This document shows, one piece after another, positions 16,295 to 18,521 of a stretch of DNA of 18,521 bases; position 1 is the first letter of the stretch, and every line of letters starts with the position of its first letter. Source of the stretch: Candidatus Iainarchaeum sp. (GTDB lineage: Archaea > Iainarchaeota > Iainarchaeia > Iainarchaeales > JAGVWC01); the NCBI GenBank assembly GCA_018304465.1, contig JAGVWC010000001.1, forward strand, positions 1 to 18,521, given 5' to 3'. The position numbers and the translations under genes are program-made. Below the pieces are notes generated by a model. The model saw only the letters and a program-made list of their open reading frames with translations. It had not been told where the DNA came from and did not search any database.

Positions 16295-16924
16295 ATGGAT
16301 ATGCCGTCCAAACTACGCGTTCCCTTGATTGCCCGAAAAGCCGTGGCCGTGATCCGTTTTCGATCCGGACCATTCGACCAAAAATGGGGTCACCTGCGAA
16401 GCGAACACGTTCGACACGGCAAATTATTCCTCACGACTTTCCCCAAAACCGTGTTACCCGGAAAACGCCGAACGCAATACGAATGCGATCTCGAACACGC
16501 CAAATGGGAGTCGAGAATCGCCGTTTCGCTTTCGTTAAAACCGATTGGAACCGGAATTCAACCAGGAAAGCACTCAGGTGAAATACTCGGCCAGGCCAAA
16601 ATCAGTTTTCAAAAAAAATCGATTACCATTGAAGCGATTCAAGGCACCAGCGGAAAACAAGACGTCTTGGACCGGTTTCGCGCGTTACACAAACAGCCCT
16701 GGGCCAATTTCCTTGTGCGACAAGTCGAACGACACGCGGTTCGCTGCGGAATCCATGAAATACGAATCGTTCTTCCCACGTCATTGCTATACTACCATCA
16801 CCCGGTCATCACCACCAAAAACAAAAAAGAAATCCAAGCCCAAATGGACGTATTATACGAAAAAGTAGCGACCGCCGAAGGCTATGTGCTCGAAAAAGGC
16901 ATTTACAAGAAAAAATTGCCTTAA
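16295..16924 (+). CDS. Hypothetical basic protein, possible acyltransferase-like (GNAT/VirK-like) fold; alternative start at 16301
   Basis: 209-aa ORF filling the gap between two co-oriented genes; ITIEAIQG strand, LVRQVERHAVRCGIHEIRI helix-strand and LYEKVATAEGY ending. Confidence 0.7.
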   Translation: MDMPSKLRVPLIARKAVAVIRFRSGPFDQKWGHLRSEHVRHGKLFLTTFPKTVLPGKRRTQYECDLEHAKWESRIAVSLSLKPIGTGIQPGKHSGEILGQAKISFQKKSITIEAIQGTSGKQDVLDRFRALHKQPWANFLVRQVERHAVRCGIHEIRIVLPTSLLYYHHPVITTKNKKEIQAQMDVLYEKVATAEGYVLEKGIYKKKLP

Positions 16925-16963
16925 ACGACAATTTAAAATCGATTTACGCCGCATAGATCCTAT

Positions 16964-17896
16964 ATGCGCGAAGAACTCCTGGCCAAAACGGTTCAATTAT
17001 TGCACTCATTGGGATTTACGGTTTCCAGTTTTTTGGAATTCAACAGTTGCATCGACATCGCCGCCAAAAAAAACGATTCCGCGTTCATCATCAAAGTACT
17101 CTCCAACATTGATTCGCTTCGACCCGAAACCGCGATGGAACTCCACAAAGCCGCGGCCATTTTCCACGCGACCCCCATTATTCTAGGCGAAAAAACCAAA
17201 ACCGTGACCTTGGAAACCAACACGCGATACGAACGATTCGGAATCCCCGTTTTCTCCAAAGAAACATTCACCGATTTTTTATACGGAAAAAACCCCATGT
17301 TCCGATCATTCAAAGGAAAACAAACCGTTCAACTCGACGCACAACAATTGGTGTTGGAACGCCAAAAAAAACAATTAAGCCAACAAGAACTCGGCGAAAA
17401 AATCGGAGTCACAACGCAAACCATTCACCGATACGAAAACGGCCATCCCGCGGACGCCCAAGACGCCCAAAAAATCGAATCCTTGCTGTCCTGTCGGATT
17501 ATTTCACCCCAAACCATCCAATCCGAATCCAACGTGGAAAAAATATTCGAAACCCATTTTTCGGAACCCGCACTCGAAAAACTATTCGAACTCGGAGTGC
17601 CGCTGGCACAATTCGAACACGCGCCCTTCAAAGCCGTTTCCACTCCGACCGAAAGCCTCCTGATTAACCTGGGAAAAGACCATCGCGACATTCACCGCAA
17701 AGCATTGATTCTCGAAAAAACCAAAACGGTTTTCAAAGCCCACTCCATCGTGATATCCAAAGAATACAAGCTTCACAACATCGGACAAACAACGATTATC
17801 GCCGAAGAAGAACTCGAATCCTACAGCAAAATCCAGGAACTATTAAAAGAAATCCAAAAACAAGAACAAAAAAACGAAAAAAAAACTACTTTTTGA
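16964..17896 (+). CDS. Archaeal Cro/C1-type HTH transcriptional regulator (COG1395-like)
   Basis: CIDIAAKK..FIIKVLSNIDS, PIILGEK, YERFGIP, central HTH LSQQELGEKIGVTTQTIHRYENG and C-terminal APFKA motif. Confidence 0.9.
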   Translation: MREELLAKTVQLLHSLGFTVSSFLEFNSCIDIAAKKNDSAFIIKVLSNIDSLRPETAMELHKAAAIFHATPIILGEKTKTVTLETNTRYERFGIPVFSKETFTDFLYGKNPMFRSFKGKQTVQLDAQQLVLERQKKQLSQQELGEKIGVTTQTIHRYENGHPADAQDAQKIESLLSCRIISPQTIQSESNVEKIFETHFSEPALEKLFELGVPLAQFEHAPFKAVSTPTESLLINLGKDHRDIHRKALILEKTKTVFKAHSIVISKEYKLHNIGQTTIIAEEELESYSKIQELLKEIQKQEQKNEKKTTF

Positions 17897-18103
17897 AGTA
17901 TTCGTATCCAATCGCGCCCAACGCTAATACAATCACGCCGATCGAAACCCAAAGTATGGGATCGGATTCGGAAACCGATTTTAGTTGCTGCGAAACATTC
18001 GTACACACACCCGTTTTACAAACGCTTCCGACATCGCACGGTTCACCTTCCGGCAATTGGCCGCCGTAACATTGATTGCGAATGCATCTTGCAATCGAAC
18101 ACG

Positions 18104-18169
18104 CAGTTGACACTCCACAATCGGAATCGCTTTCACAGTTGACACTCCACAATCGGAATCGCTTTCACA
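18104..18169 (+). repeat. Perfect 32-bp tandem duplication
   Basis: CAGTTGACACTCCACAATCGGAATCGCTTTCA at 18104-18135 and 18136-18167, followed by CA. Confidence 0.95.
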
Positions 18170-18397
18170 CGCTTTGTTCTGCGGCGTCAACGGCACGGTC
18201 ACAGGGGTTTGGTTTCCCGTGGGACTCGGAACCGTCACATTTGGAATTTGTCCGCCCAGTGGATCACAATCCGTCGGACACGTAAACTTTGATTCCCGCT
18301 GACCACAAACACCATCACCACAACCGATCGCACAATCAAACGGACAACTAAAATTATTTTCGGTATGCGTGCACGCACGATCACCGCACACATTCGG

Positions 18398-18520
18398 ACA
18401 ATCCAAGGAACATACCGACGCATTTTCATCCACTTCACAAATATTGTTACCGCAGGACTCGCTCGTTGAACCGCCGCCAGCAGGTTCAAACAACACATCC
18501 ACGCTTTGCGCCGCCGTGTT
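18398..18520 (+). repeat. Direct repeat copy 2 (partner at 1..123)
   Basis: 117/123 identical to positions 1-123. Confidence 0.95.
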
Positions 18521-18521
18521 C

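Larger units (their letters stand above)
17886..18521 (-). pseudogene. C-terminal part of a Cys-rich membrane-anchored surface protein entering from the right edge, frameshifted by a 32-bp tandem duplication
   Basis: Three CG(D/N)xxCxxxE...CPxDC-type repeats and a Pro/Thr linker. Deleting one 32-bp copy joins track ORFs 17981..18502 and 17886..18152 into ...KACESDSDCGVSTACSIARC...ILWVSIGVIVLALGAIGYEYFKK (TM + basic tail). Confidence 0.85.

Noticed and set aside
18104-18169. 32-bp repeat as a CRISPR array
   Set aside because: The two copies are directly adjacent with no spacer, lie inside a coding region, and no cas genes are present.
1-18521. Whole window as a plasmid or provirus
   Set aside because: There are no replication, integrase, capsid or terminase genes. 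It carries ribosomal protein, tRNA and lipid genes, and the terminal repeats are imperfect.

Overview
An archaeal chromosomal segment, most consistent with a DPANN archaeon (Diapherotrites/Iainarchaeota-like; the lineage is an inference). Housekeeping markers are tRNA-Glu(TTC), rpl40e, a UbiA-family DGGGP synthase and a COG1395-type HTH regulator. Three small genes are missing from the ORF track: L40e, an L41e/eS32-like basic protein and a 38-aa Cys/His zinc-finger microprotein. Over half of the window encodes giant modular surface proteins. Two are paralogous membrane-anchored LamG + glycoside-hydrolase proteins that share a Cys-rich stalk and anchor but carry different catalytic heads; one has a phage-baseplate-like module inserted in its GH51-like barrel. 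A D-x-N-rich beta-helix protein runs off the left edge, and a 123-bp near-copy of its C-terminal part recurs at the right edge. The surface-gene segments at both edges are frameshifted, by an apparent deletion on the left and a 32-bp tandem duplication on the right. A compositionally distinct islet (Bro-N gene + ORFan) lies at the tRNA-Glu 3' end and contains a duplicated tRNA 3' end (att-like site). All domain calls are by-eye motif recognition; no searches were run.
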